A stretch of 64,000 nt of DNA from the human T2T-CHM13v2.0 reference genome, Homo sapiens: NCBI RefSeq assembly GCF_009914755.1, contig NC_060929.1; one strand, given 5' to 3'. Positions 37,086 through 51,313 of the stretch are shown piece by piece (the stretch's first letter is position 1; every line of letters starts with the position of its first letter). Position numbers and translations under genes: made by a program. Below the pieces are notes generated by a model. That model saw only the letters and a program-made list of their open reading frames with translations, had not been told where the DNA came from and searched no databases.

Positions 37086-37810
37086 TAAAAATGAATGCAT
37101 TCACGGATGCCTTGCATTCACAATTAGATATTTCTTTAATGAGCAAAAAGGGAACTCTTATTATTTGCTAAGGATAAATGACAGCGACATAGTCAGCATT
37201 TCATGTTTTCATGTTTTCGAATCATTTAGAGTCTCAAGTGAATGAACTTTATCCAACGCTATCCTGAAAGCCGCTTGCAGTGGAGAGGGGATTCCTGCTG
37301 ATGCAGAGGGTGCAGGAAGGTGAAGAACCCCAGGGGCCGTGTGTGCTGCCTCCACTGGAGCCAGGCAGACATTGGAAGGGACTGGCCCATGTGATCCCGG
37401 CACACACAGTCTACCCCTCCTTCCAGGAGAAAAGGAGGATGATTAATTTAATTATTTAATGACACTGTGTTCATTAAAAGGCTGCCAGGCGAACTTTAAA
37501 ACTAGGACGTTCAGAGCATGTCCTTGTTGGCCGAAGGAGCGGGTGTGAGCATGATGGCTGCTTCTGGGCTCTATGCCGGGAGGAGCTGGGCAACATTGAT
37601 GTCTCCCTCAGAGAAATGACCGTGAAAACTGCTCCATGCCAGATTTGCGCAGGGAAATGGTGCTATTTTTAAATCTGCGCACAAAAGGAAGAGGCTTCAC
37701 AGACAGCGCTGCCCTGGGAAGGGAGGTGCCCAGGTGCGTGGGGACAGAAAACCAAGTCCTGCCTGAGAGATTCAGAGAAGCCGTTGATTTACTTTGTAAA
37801 GATTATGTTT

Positions 37811-38230
<420 letters not shown>

Positions 38231-39539
38231 TCAGTCACATTGGAGCCTGTCAGGGGTGACAAGCTTGTGAATATTCTTGGGCAGGGACAGTGACGGTTTT
38301 TCCAGGAAGATGAAGCAACAAAATTAATAAGTAATAAACCTGAACTATATTTCCTTTTAGCTGAAGAGGAGAGAGGGAAGGAGGTACAATGTGTGAGGAC
38401 AGCGCTTTGGTCGTCTCCAGTGGATCCCCAAACCCTGGCACTGCGCCTCCCTGGACGCAGAGCATTCTCGGAGATATGAGGGTGGCCAAGCACGTCCACA
38501 CTGCATCTGTTCTTTATGGATGTGCCCTGGCTCTTTCCCTTCATTCAAAGCAATGAGAGATTGAAAGAATGTTTGTGTCACACTCTGGATGGCTTCCCTG
38601 ATGAAGGGACATCCCTGGCAGGATCTGCTGCCACCCTGGCAGGGGGCCGGGTATTCCCGCATGGGCCTGTGGCTTGGGCTGTTCATGCAAAACAGATGAG
38701 GGTCACAAATTGGAATTAGGATCGGGGTGGGCCACACCCAGGGCCGGCTTTTATCAGGCCCTCCACCTACTCCTTGCAATTATGCTTTCATTAGCTTCTG
38801 AGTCCAAAGGTCCTGCAAAAGGCCTTCCGCCCCTTCTCCCTGTCCTCCCGCATACCCATCCTGTTTCTCCCGAAGAGACTGAGGAGAAAGGTCCCACTGG
38901 CTGTTCTGCTCATCGTCATGTGAACGGGAGGTCATCGCACATCACGACGTTGCTTCAAACACAGTTTTCCAGCCCCGCCCATCACTCTCCCGCGGGAGCA
39001 AGGGAAATGGGAGCTGTCGGCTCCACTTACCCTTACCTCCCACACTTTCTCCTGGACAGTAGACAATTTATGTTTTCTCTTTGCAGGGAATAATAATAAT
39101 AATAAAAAGTCCCCAACAACTCTGTTTGAAATATGTAAAAGCAACTTAGCAGGTAATGCAATATAGGAGGAAAAATAGCTCCTTGCTGAGTTCTTCATGT
39201 TTACCCATCACAGAAAACAAACTCTAAAATGTGCACAGTTTGAGCACAGGCAGCCTTTGGTGGGCCAGTGCCGCCTGGGGAAGCCGAGGACCCTGGCCAG
39301 GACGCCAGCCCAGTCGAGGGCCTCCCTTGCTCCTTTTCTCCCCGCCCTCAGTGAACAGCATCCATCCCTCTGTCGCAGCCACTCGCGCCGTGTGACTCTA
39401 TCATATAACGATTTGTCTTGGGGTCTTGTCTGAAATAATTTGAACTGCCAAATCCTGAAATGAATAGGTTTTGTTAACACAAAAGGCTAAGGAACTGGTT
39501 GGAAATTTTAAAGAGCTCCGGCCCCCAAGTCTTGGGGGA

Positions 39540-40190
39540 CCACATTGTCTGGCTGGCGGGCACTCTTGTCAGCAGCGCTGCCTCGGTGGGTGCGGGATGA
39601 TGGATGGGCCGCTGCGGAGGGGAGGAGGGCGCGGCCGGGCTGGGAATTGGCTAAGTACTCCCGGGCGCCTGACCCCATCGTGGCGCGGCGAGTCGGCCTC
39701 CTTGATTTATAAACTGGGGTGGTGATTAATGATCTTTTAGGTGGACAAGGCGGGCCAAAGCCTCGCCACTCGGGCCACTCAGAAATGACGACCACTTGTA
39801 GCCGGGGAATAACAGCCTTGCAGGGCGGTATCCAGGCCGCCTCGCAGCAGCCCCGGTGCCCACCCATTTTCCACGAGGGTCCCACAAAGGCTCCTGGTGG
39901 ACATCTGCATGGCCATAGAGCAGGGGCGTGTGCGGGGAGGCGACTCCTCCCTTCCCAAGCCAGGGCGGCTTGGGGAATGCGGTTGGAGCTAAGGACAGGG
40001 CGGAGGGCATCGCCCGCTCCTCCTCAGGGCTCCTCCTGCCTCCCTGCAGGCTCTCCATGGTCACGCCAGGCTGGGCAGCGTGCCAGACTTTGCTGTCTGC
40101 AGCCGCCTTGGCTGCCCGGAGGACCCTCGTCTGTGTCTAAGGAGCGTCTCGCTGAGTTCCCTGCACAGCGTCCCCTGGCCACGGTGCTGG
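39540..40190. promoter_or_regulatory. Orphan CpG-rich island, candidate enhancer or promoter
   Basis: Dense CpG (gggcgcggccggg, tggcgcggcgagtcgg) in non-repeat DNA; embedded TGATTTAT (39703) and TGATTAAT (39723). Confidence 0.55.
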
Positions 40191-41673
40191 AGGGCCTCAG
40201 CTTCTTTCTCCTGCACTGGAAATGAAGATGCAAACCTGGGGCGCTGAAAGCCACAGCAGGAACTGGACACACCCTCTGGGCCCAGGCCCATCCCCTCCAG
40301 GCCTTCCTCCCAGGGTTCTCTCCTCCCTGGGACACCCTGAGGAGACCAGAGAGAGACAGGCTGAGCTCCCTCGGTGAGTGGGAACCCAGGGGCAGCCATG
40401 CCTGGAGATGCTCTACCCGCGGGTTACAGCATTCGTCAAGGTAATGATTATAATTGGATCTGGCGTTGCTGTGACTCATAAATAAACGAAGGGCACTGTG
40501 GCTGCAGGTGAGCAGGGAACAGATCAATAGCAGAAAACCAACCTCTGCTACGAAAAGAGCTTTCACGTCTCCCCAGAGGGAGACTCCAAAATCATTTCAA
40601 TCTGTTCTGAACTCCAGGGAAAGCTTCAGTGTGTTGAAAGGAGGGAGAAGAGGGAGAGGAATCCCAGACAGGCTTTCTGAGCTCAGCTCTAATGAACTGA
40701 GCCCTTGGCTCTGAGATAGGGAGCATCTTCCTCAAACGTTGTTTGCAAGGAAGGGAGGTGTGGCTAATGGATTATCCTGCAGCTCGTGGTATGTGTGCAT
40801 AATTAGCATCACCTCTTTTTAAGCATGACTGCGGCTGGTGCCTTTTGCAAAATGCAAACGTGAAAGTTTATGAAGGAAGAGGTTTGGAGGTGGGTTAAAA
40901 CTTCATCACAGAATTCTACGCTAGGGAGACATACTGGCGGAGAGCTCAGGGAAGACGTTACACATGTGAATATATTTGGGAACTGAGGATGAAGATGGAG
41001 CGCCATGGTTGGAGTGTCTGTCCCTACGTGGGATGATGCTCCTTCTCCCCAGCAGAGATGCATTTTTGTTTTTTGTTGCTGGTTTTAAAAACCAACAGAA
41101 CAGACTATGGCTTCAGAATTGGGCTCAATTTGTGGCTCAAAAGGCCTGTGATTATCTTACTTTACTTCAGTTACAAAGGATGTCACAGCAGCCACCCAGG
41201 TTCACGCAGGGCGAGTGGAGACTTTCCACAGCAGTGGCCGTCTCTGATAATGGGGGTATTTCTTCTTTCTCTTCAATGACAACATGAAACACCTTTTCTC
41301 TATATTTTCTTTGTCTTCTTCCAATTTTTCATTCAATGATTGTATTCATTGTATAAAGGAGAACTTAGTTTAAACAGGGAATTATATATTGTTCCTTTAG
41401 ATGGAAGGAGAGGGATTAGAAGGCAAGAACAATATGTGGCTGCTTCCAAAGTAGCTTCAGTTTTCAAAAGAACTCGAGGCCTCACCTACCTACCTACCCA
41501 GCTGCTCCTAAAGCAAGCTCATGCCAAAGTCTTCATTTGCCTTCTCTCTGCTTCTGGAAACAATGGGAACAGGATGAAATTTGGAGCCTAAATGACATGG
41601 TCAGGTTCTTCTTTGCCTCACCCTTCCTGTGTAAATTCGAGCAAGTCTTTCTGGGATACCAACAGGAATAACA

Positions 41674-42010
41674 GGCTGCACGTGGTGGCTCACGCTTGCA
41701 ATCCCAGCACTTTGGGAGGCCGAGGCAGGAGGATTGCCTGAGCCCAGGAGCTTGAGACCAGCCTGGGTAACAGAGAGAGATCCTGTTTCTACAAAAATTA
41801 AAAAAAAAAAAATAGCTGACTGTGGTGCCAGTAGTCCCAGCTACTGAGGAGGCTGAGGCAGGAGGATCACTTGAGCCCCGGTGGTTGAGACTGCGGTGAG
41901 TTGTGATTGCACCACTGCACTCCAGCCTGAGCAACTGAGACTCTGTCTCAAAACAACAACAACAACAAAGAAACCAAACAAACAAAAAACAACAAACAAA
42001 CAAAAAACAA
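41674..42010 (+). mobile_element. AluJ SINE with (AAC/AAAC)n tail
   Basis: ggaggattgcctgagcccaggag and ggaggatcacttgagccc are J-type; degenerate tail. Confidence 0.9.
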
Positions 42011-42029
42011 CACTTTTCGAGCTCCAGGA

Positions 42030-42225
42030 ACACCCCAATACTGTTCTAAGCCCTATTGCACGTAACACTATGAATCCTCATGGCAACCGCATGAGAGAGG
42101 CACTATTCTCATAGAAGAGGAAAATGAAGCACAGAGAGGGCACACAACTTGCCCAGAGTTGCCCAGCTCTCAAGAGGCAAAGCCAGGATTCAGAGCTGGG
42201 TGGTCTGACTCCATCCCTGAACTAC
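42030..42225 (-). mobile_element. MIR SINE
   Basis: aatcctcatggcaacc...gaggaaaatgaagcacagagagg...aacttgcccagag...ggcaaagccaggattc. Confidence 0.75.
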
Positions 42226-45200
42226 TGCAGGTCTGCTGCAGGAGTTACTGTAAGAATTGGTAAAGAGAACACATGAAAGTGCCAAACACAGGGGTGCCCG
42301 CCCAGCACAGGGGTGCCTGCCCAGCACAGGTGTCGCCTCTCCCCTTTCCATCTGCCTGGGCAGGTTGTGCAGCCCAGCCAGCCTCAGGTGTGTCAGCCAA
42401 CAGGTGACCCAGAGGCGGCCGGGCAGGACCTTTGCTGTGACACTTTTCTCATGGAAACCTAATACTCTGCCATGGTGGATTTACTTATTCAAATTTCATT
42501 TCTGCATGAACCGTGGCCCATCAAACACTGGATGTACCATTGCTTCTTGTGAACAAATGGCCTGGCCCTCAGTCGTTTCTGTACTTGGTGAAGCCACTAC
42601 ACTCTACCTTGAGCCATGGGCTAAACTACGATTCAGTTTGTGCTGCTGGCTCAACCTGCCTTTCTAATGAAAAATTAAATTAAAAAAGCAAAAATCAAAA
42701 ACCTAAGCCAACGACAAACAAACACAAATCCCAAAAACTCACCCTGTATTTACAAAGGGCGCATGGGATGAATCTGTGTTTTCTTCATTGTTCATCAATC
42801 ATTCACACCTGAAACTCTGTGTCTATTTCCACCTATCAAATTATAGCCTCATTTGCTATTCTAATGGGAAAAGGAAGCCAACTAGCCCACATTGGGAGAA
42901 CAAAGGCTGTATTTATAACACAAGCGGCCTAGAACATAAAATGGTTCAGGGTAATTGACTTTCTGGGTGGGATTATCTTTGGAGAGAAAGCAACATTTAT
43001 TTAGATTCCACATCTGCAGCCGACAGTGTGTGCTTGCAGAAACTGCTGAAGCATCATTGGCAAGTTTATTTTGCTACGGGTTGTTTCGTCTTCAACCAGT
43101 TGTAGTATTGATTTCCCTCAGTGGATTAATTATCAGAGGCAGTTCCAGGCTTCCCTGAGATGGACGGAAGGAGAAATGATGTTTTCATTTCAGTGAAGCC
43201 TGTTGGCAATTGTGCTGGGGTTTCTCTGGAGCCCTGGAGTTGACGAATTGGGGGCCATGGCAGAGCAGGACTGTGCCTGAAATTATTCATCTTATCTGTG
43301 GTTGTGAAGTCTTGGCAGCCTGTGGACGCTTTTAAAGGGGCTTCACAGGGCTCTCTGCTACTATTTGTAGAAGGAGTATTCAGCCCTAGGGGGAAAGGAA
43401 GAGAAATTACCGAGCCGCACAGACATGGAAGTCTAGGTTATTTATAGCCAGCCGATGTCCTGACATGAGGAAGATTTAGATGGCCTGCTGGGGCCCAGGG
43501 CTCCTACAGACACAAGGGCCAGCCTCTTCTCCAAAGAGGCTTGTTTAAAAACCATGTAGGATCACCAAGACCCTGCAAGGGTCTTTGAGAGTCACTGCCA
43601 TAGACTTCAAGAATCCAGGTGATAAGGATGAACAAAATCCTTAAAAATAAATCCTGTCTTGGCACTCATTCCTGTGAATTTTATGAGTTGTGGAGTCATA
43701 ATAACACTTTATTTTTGAATATCCACATTAACTTTTCCATATGTCAAGGTGTTTCTAAAAAAATCTCTTTTTATCCATAGAGCACCTTTGGATGGTAGAT
43801 GGGGCAGGGTTACGAAGTTCCGTGCTGTTTCTACCATGAACATCTGCTGGGGTTGGGGGAGAAGGCTGTGTTTCAGGCAAGCCACCGAGTGTTTTTCCAG
43901 AGCTTTGTGAAATCGCTGTTTCCTTGTTCTATAGAGAAGTTAAATTGAACCTTCAGAAGTTTATTTTCTTCTACTATCATTTTAATTTTTTTAGTATAAG
44001 TATAGTAACTGTAAAAATGGCATCATGTTGTCAAATAGAAATCAGATAAGAGGTGAAAATACAAAACATAATTTGTGAGTGTGCATCTTTATAGGTATCA
44101 TCATAAGTTCTTACTCTTATGTTCTCTATTTTTTTTTCAGATGTGTGATCACAAAAAGGTAGCACTTTTTACAATGCTTTCTAAACTTTTCCCATTAGGA
44201 GAAGTCTTGATCTTATCTCCCCTAATTTCCCTGAGCCTCATTTTCACAGCGCAGAGTGCCCCAAACGGTGTGGTTTTGTTTCTTCTTTAGGCTCTTTTCT
44301 TGGATGGTGTACTTAGTGCTTCCGATTTTTTGCTTTGAACATCCTGAAATGAATATTTCTGGAGTTGCGCTTTTGAGCTTGTTCTTGGCGGACTCAAAGG
44401 AGTGGTCCCTGCTCGAGGCTGCAGTTAGAGCCTGGACGGTCGGAGAGGCCGGCCCTGGGGCTGCCCTGCTCCTGGTGGCCCTCCCAGGACCTGGATTCTC
44501 TGTGCTGCGGTGGGTGAGGGGGTGCTCCCTTCCCCACTCTGATCTAGTCCCCGCTTTTGGAATCATGTGTGGCATGGATGGATACTTTTTCTAATATTAA
44601 TGCTTATTAGCATTTTTGTTTAAATTGTGAACTGACTTTTTTTTTTTATATACATTTGCTTTCTTATGTGCTCGCTTTTTACTTTTAGCCAAACCTGCCA
44701 AATTGATTTTTGGAGATTTTCCGCATTTGGGGCCATGTTTAAAAATATCTCCCCCATCCAAAGTTCACATAAATCTCCACAGATATATTTTCTGAAATTT
44801 TATGCCCTTTTTTGCTTTTCCTTAAAACTTTAAATTATCTGGAAAGAGCTTTGACACCCCATGAGCGATGGATGGCCCAGAACCTGGCGCTCCGTGCTGC
44901 GCGGCTCCCCCGGCTCCCAGAGCTGCGCTCTGCGTCCGGCCTGAGCTGCCCTCCCGGCTGCAGACTGACCGATGATGTGGCCCCACTGTGCAGGACCCAG
45001 GGTGAGGGGTGCTGTGGTCGATTTCCGTGCTATCCTTCTCTGTGCTGAGAATGCACTGATGGAAAGATTGTGATTTAGAGCAGTTCAGGTTCCCACAGCC
45101 CCTCCCTTACAGCCCCCAAAACACACCGCATCCCTGCATGTTAATCTGTGTAGTCATTTCATCAGATTCAAAAGCAACTTTTATGCTGCTTACAGTTCTT

Positions 45201-45569
45201 AATGATTTTGTATTTTTATAATTAGGATGTTGCTAATGTTTGTTACTTTCTCAATTTATTATTATTATAAGTGGCTTAAATTTCTACATTAATTTGGAAG
45301 AAAAGGGCCTTAGGATGGACTCTGTTTGCTCTCGGGCCTTCTCTTGTCCCCAGGGTGGCTGATGCCATCATCGGTGGCCTGTCCCTGGCTCATTTGTAGA
45401 ATCTCACCAAAGCAGGGAGTCCGCATCAGACCTCTAGAATTCAGGCTAGAAATCTGAATTTCAGACAGGAACACGTCCCCCAGGCACCTGCGGCACAGGT
45501 GTTGGGGAGCCAACCCTTGGAGAGAAGAGCTCCCAGCTTTGTTTTTATTTCACTCAGTGCTCACCGCTT

Positions 45570-45830
45570 CTGGCTTTGGAGACGGCAACACAGAGCCCAC
45601 CGGTCCCGAGAGAGCTGCCCGTCCTCGCGGGCTCCCGCCTGGCTCGCAGCTCCTTGCCAGTCCCCGGAGGAACGGTGAGGACGGCGCTGGCCTGGGCAGC
45701 ACCCCTGGCGACCACGCCGATGGTGGGACCGGGGAAAGCCATCCTCCCTCCACACTGCCCTGAGCCGGCCGGCAGCGAGTGGGAGGTGGCTGCAGCAGGG
45801 GTGGCCCCAAGGGATGGCCCCAAGCCAGGA
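45570..45830. promoter_or_regulatory. Small CpG-rich patch
   Basis: Local CpG enrichment in unique sequence next to a MER5A remnant. Confidence 0.35.
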
Positions 45831-45836
45831 TTTAGG

Positions 45837-45985
45837 GCAGGGGTTCTCAAACTGGTGCACGTGGAGATCTGCTGGAGGCCTCCCACAAGTTTCAGACTCC
45901 CCAGGGCTGGAGGGGCAGGGATTTGCATTTCCAGCGGGTTCCCAGGTGATGCTGATGCTGCCGGCCTGGAGACGACCGCCCGGAC
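45837..45985. mobile_element. MER5A hAT DNA transposon remnant
   Basis: caggggttctcaaact...atttgcatttccagcgggttcccaggtgatgctgatgctgccgg. Confidence 0.75.
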
Positions 45986-47292
45986 AGGGGAACCGTCGGA
46001 ACCAGGGAATTCGTCTCTCTCTCCAGGCCTCTCTCTCTCATCAGATTTAAGAAATTACTCCATTAATTTTTCTTGACATTCCCTTATGCTATTTTATAAA
46101 TGGTGCAGCAGGTAGTAGAAATCTCTTTTAAAATTCCTTCAGAAAGAATACTTCTGTCTGTTAATCAATTTTCTTAATTACTTAAACGGATAATTACCAG
46201 TTACTTTCTTCTCGCCTGTTTTTCTTGTAAGGTAAAGCAATACCGAAGTAACTTGTGATTTGAGGCATTTACAGAGATCCTGAGAAACAGGAAGAAAACA
46301 ATATATTATACAGGTTCTAAATGCTAAGCAGTGTGGAAATCTCTCCATCTTTCTTCTTTGTTCCTTGGAACAAGCAGATGAGGTAGGCATGGAATTAAAG
46401 GCATATGGAATTCAGTGCTCTGACTTGGAGACAGGGGTAGTTCTGCCTGAGCAAGTTGAGGTGGTGTACAGAGATACCTGGACCTTTGAACACACGTTGA
46501 GTATTGCAGATGGAATTCTGGATTAAAAAGTGAGTCAGACATCAATGGCCAACTTATCATTTGATCACTTGTTGATTTATTTGTCAGTGCCTGACATATT
46601 TCCTAATCATAATTACTATGATCTGTAATGTACACATGATTTAAAGGTAAATTTATTTCAAATAACTGAATTTAAATGTGAATAAAGTACAGCTTTTCAG
46701 CAAATGATTTAAATAATCTGCTGTACAGAAAGCCCACGTAGCTGTGTAGCTACGTTTAACAAGCAGCTGATAGAAAGACGGGGGTTGAAGAATGTATAAA
46801 ATTTTCCAAGTTGGCTGCAAGTGCATTGAAGGCAAGAATCCAGTTTTCTTCTTTGAACTCTGGGGTGTGATCTTAGCGACCCTAGGCCCTGGTAAGAAGG
46901 AGGCAGCCCAGCTCGGGGCCCCTAAACCAAAGCCCCTTTCTCGTCTTTTTTGCCCGGCGGAAGGCAGTCTCTATGCAGATGTGAACATCCCAGTGGTGCT
47001 GAGGTTCTACCAGCCCCAGCTCCAGAGGCAGCCCAGGTGACCACGCTCTGTCCACTGTCCAGCAGTGACCTCAGGGAGTAGCATTACTTCCTTGGGGAGA
47101 GGAAGTCCTCCAAGGCATCCACACTATCCTGGAGTCCTCATCCCATCCCACAGCCTCCAGCCCTGTAGGAGCCCAGGCTCAGACACCCAGGATCCATCGT
47201 GGAGCGGTTGTCCCCTCGCCCCACCCTCCTGCCCCCCTGCTCAGCCCATCTGCAGTTCCTGAAGGGTGGCAGCAGGTGTTCCTTTATTTCTT

Positions 47293-47606
<314 letters not shown>

Positions 47607-49890
47607 TAGGGATATTTTCAGAATCCCAAGTTCCTTCTTAAAATACAAGGGCTCATGGAGAGAAGAGTATCCCCAAGGTCATGTGACAATGGCAAGGTGG
47701 GTGGTGGCCACACGGAGGTGAAGGAGGAGCAGGGTCAGGCCTGAGGGGCAGCTGGGAGCCCAGAAGAGGTGGCAGGCTGGGCGTGACCATTGAGGAAGTC
47801 TGCCCTGCTGCAAGGATCACGCAGGACGTCTCAGATCCGTGATCCGCCTGCCTGCCCTTCCTCCCTTGCTGCTGCCTAGGAGCCAGCCCTTTGAAGGCCT
47901 TCAGATGAAGGAGGTGACCTGCCCTGGCGCTGAGGGAGCCCTGGGAACCCCGTAGAGCCCTGTGCTGCTCCACGCCTCACTGGGTCTCCTGGGCTGCCTG
48001 GCCCTGCGTGGTGCTCGCTGGGTGCAAGCCCCTCTGACCTCCCATTGGGGCACTGTGTCCTGGGTGGCAACCTCCGGTCCTCCGTCTCTTTCTCAGCCTC
48101 AGTCCAGCTCAGCCTTCAGGCCTTCCTGTGCCACCAGGCCCTGACCCTGGGCCTGGGTCTGGGTGAGGAGCCCCGCTGGATTGTCCCAACACCCAGCGTC
48201 CCCTCCCAGCATGGGTGGTGCCTGGACATGGCCATGCTTTCTGCTACCGCGAGCTGTGTGGGTGCTGTGGGCCCAGCTCCTTGGGGTGTCAGCTCTGCAC
48301 ACTGATGGACAGGGGGCCTGCAATGCTCCAGGGACCCAGGGCGACGTCCCCCGCTGTGCCCATCACTTCCGCTGACCAGCATACCTGGCCTGGCTGGGAG
48401 GGTTTGGGCTCCACAGGAAGGGGCCGTGGGGCGGACTCGCAGGCAAGCCCCATGGCAGAAAGGCGCCAGCACCTCCAGACAGCAGAGGATATTTCCTAGG
48501 TGTCCTGGACATCTGCAAACCCGGCCAGTTCATGCCCAAGCCTTGGCACACTGCCAGGGAGGTGCAGAGCCAAAGGTGTGGGAGGGGCTCCCTCAGGGCC
48601 TCCCAGGCCCTGCGGCAAGACGCACAGCCTCCCCTGGAGGGGAGAGGTGACAGTGTAGAACCAGGGCCCCAGACCAGTATTGCAATGCGTCGGCATGGAA
48701 AAATGGAAATGCTTGCAGTGACCACAATGTGTTCCTCTGGAGTTGGGGTTGATGGGCTTGACTTCTGTCCCTGCATGTCTCTGCCCTGTGAGAACTTAGA
48801 TCCTCACCAAGGAGAGGGAGGGTTCAGAGCCACTGTTCTCCACGAAACGATCGCTTTAAAGGCCATGGGTTCTTTGCTCCTCTTGGTTTCTGTGCCTTGC
48901 AGGGTCCCTGACTCAGACCCTGGGCTGAGAACCAGGCTTCACTTGACCAGCAGGATGCCAGCAAACCTGACTGTGCCAGTTGTGTGCATAATTACTCTCT
49001 TCTACAGAACAGGGAAAGAGTTAGGGAAACATAAGACCACATTGCACAGGAGCTTACAGCACAATTAAACCACATCCAAGCAAGCAAGTGTCCAGCACAT
49101 GGGAAAATCACACACACACAAGGAGCCACAGTCACCGTCAGGGCTGAAGGAATTTTGGAAAGCATGAAGTGGCAAAGCCAAAGCCAGGATCACAGGGCTT
49201 TCCACCTATGTCTGCGGAGAAGCCATTTACAGAAGGCTCCCGGGCCCCCACTCCACAGCTCTGGGTTTCCAGTTGACCGGGAGGCTCAGAAAATGCAGAG
49301 GACACCGACTTAGGTTTTAATTTACAAACTCAACCCTAACAGAGATGGTGGCATTTCCTGAAAGCTTCATGAGGATGAGCGGTGAGCGCAGCTTGGAGGG
49401 AAGCTGGTGGCAGCCGCGGGCTGGTGACTCTTCCGCAGGAGGCCGGGCTGCCATCACTAGGCGACACTGCTCTGTTCTGATTTTATTAACCACCTTCTCA
49501 CACTTTCCTTACATAAGGATATTTTAATAGTCACTTGTGAAGCCAGTGTTTTGTTGTCAATTACAGGATACAAATCACCTGTTTACGGGGCGGTTTGAGG
49601 CTCGCTGGCGCTGTGCCCTGGAACTAGACTTCGCCTGCACTCCGTTTGTGTTCCTGGGGCCTCATGAGGCTGCGGAGCCACGGAGAGACATCGGGAAATA
49701 ATTACAGCCCCCCTTCCAGGAGCGGCTGCGCGTCTCTTGTAAACAGGCCTGTCCATGGTTATCACTCACGATACATCTTGTTTCCTTTGAAGACCAAGTT
49801 CAGTTCTCAGCACCCAGGAGGAAGCGTGAACATACCGGCCAGCAGACACCTCGGGGGCGAGAGGGTGGCACCCACCTCCCGGAGCGTGGA

Positions 49891-50032
49891 CTCCACGTGG
49901 CCCCCCACCACCTTCACGGCAGGAGAGCTCCACGCGGCCCCCCACCACCTTCACGGCAGGAGAGCTCCACGCGGCCCCCCACCACCTTCACGGCAGGAGA
50001 GCTCCACGCGGCCCCCCACCACCTTCACGGCA
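49891..50032. repeat. 37-bp GC-rich minisatellite CTCCACGCGGCCCCCCACCACCTTCACGGCAGGAGAG, ~3.8 copies
   Basis: Units start at 49891, 49928, 49965, 50002. Confidence 0.95.
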
Positions 50033-50559
50033 ACACTCCGGGAGGAGAGGGGAGAGAGCATCTCCCTCGGCCTTCTCCGTGAAGTCTGGGACCTGGAGAC
50101 TGTCCCCCCGGCCAAATGAAGGAAAACGGTGTTTTTGGGAGCTCGATTTCCCTTGACAAGTCAGATTTTCTGTTTTCAGATTCCATTCAGCTCTGCAGGC
50201 TGCAGACCTGGGCTCGCGTCCTCTCACGAGATACGGGGCTGCTCTCCCCTGGAGCTTCCCCCTGGAAAAATAACAGCAGGCTGCCACCCCGAGCTCTCAG
50301 GGTGAACAGAGGACCATACAGGCTTTACAAAAACGCTCCAGGATGTAAGCGTGGTTCCGGAATCCATTGCAGGAGGCCCATCGAGATGGTCAGAGCCGGG
50401 GCCGATTCCGCTCGGTTTCTGTTGAAGTCGTGTACAGGATGGAGAGCAGGTGAGATGTCGTCATTTCAGTCATTCACAAGAGGCCCCTTCATAGTCCCCT
50501 CCATCCAAAGGGTCGGTTTGGGCTATATTGAGAGATTAAGGGAAAACTCATGAGAGTAT

Positions 50560-50720
50560 TGTTACATAAAGCTCCTAAGTGTTTTATGTTTATTAGTTTA
50601 TTTAACACTCACAGTGTCTCCATGAGGCAAGCATGGTCATTGTCCCTTTCTACAGTTGGGGACCGGGGCCCAGAGAGGTCGTGCGGACTTCCAGAGGTGG
50701 CACTGCTGCAGAAGGCAGTC
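50560..50720 (-). mobile_element. MIR SINE remnant
   Basis: ttatttaacactcacag...tccctttctacagttggggaccggggcccagagaggtcgtgcggacttcc. Confidence 0.6.
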
Positions 50721-50874
50721 TGAGAGAGTGCTGCTCCTCCCCTCTGTGGACGGAGCTGGCCTCCCATCTTCATGGTCTTTCCGGCCTGGCTTACATAGCA
50801 CCACACTGCACCTGGGTTCTGCCCTCCACCCAGTGTCTGTCTCTGTCTTTGAATGCTCCCTGTCTCTGTACCCT

Positions 50875-51313
50875 CTGTGTGCTCTGCAGCCGCCAGAAAA
50901 AATGACCACAAACAGGCTTAAAGTGGCAGAAGCGTATTTTCCTCCGGGGCTGGAGACCGGAAGTCTGGAATCCAGAAGGCAGCAGGCCCACAGTCCCTGC
51001 CAAGTCTTAGGGGTGGCTTCTTCCTGCCTGTGCTGGCGTCTGGGGCTCCAGGCACCCCTGAGGTGTGGACACACTGCTCCAGCCTCTCCCTCTGTCTTCA
51101 CGAGGCCATCTGTCCTCTGTCTCTCTCTGCTCCTCTGCCTCTTGTAAGGACACTTGTCATTGGATTTAGGGCCCGCATAATCCAGGATGGCCTCCTCATC
51201 TCAAAATCGTAACTTATTCTGCAAAGACCTTTTATGCAAACACGGCCACACCCACACGTTCCTGGAGTTTGGATGCGGGAATGTCTTCTGGGGTCACCAT
51301 CCAGCCCACGACA
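50875..51313 (-). mobile_element. MLT1C MaLR solo LTR
   Basis: cttgtaaggacacttgtcattggatttagggccc...ataatccaggatggcctcctcatctcaaaatc...ctgcaaagacc...caccatccagcccacgaca. Confidence 0.85.

Noticed and set aside
42197-42205. Perfect GLI consensus TGGGTGGTC
   Set aside because: Single 9-mer inside a MIR; about 0.5 hits expected by chance in 64 kb on both strands
44121-44164. Possible 18-nt microexon (ttttttttcag ATGTGTGATCACAAAAAG gtagca)
   Set aside because: Weak donor, AT-rich probable L1-derived context and no host gene evidence
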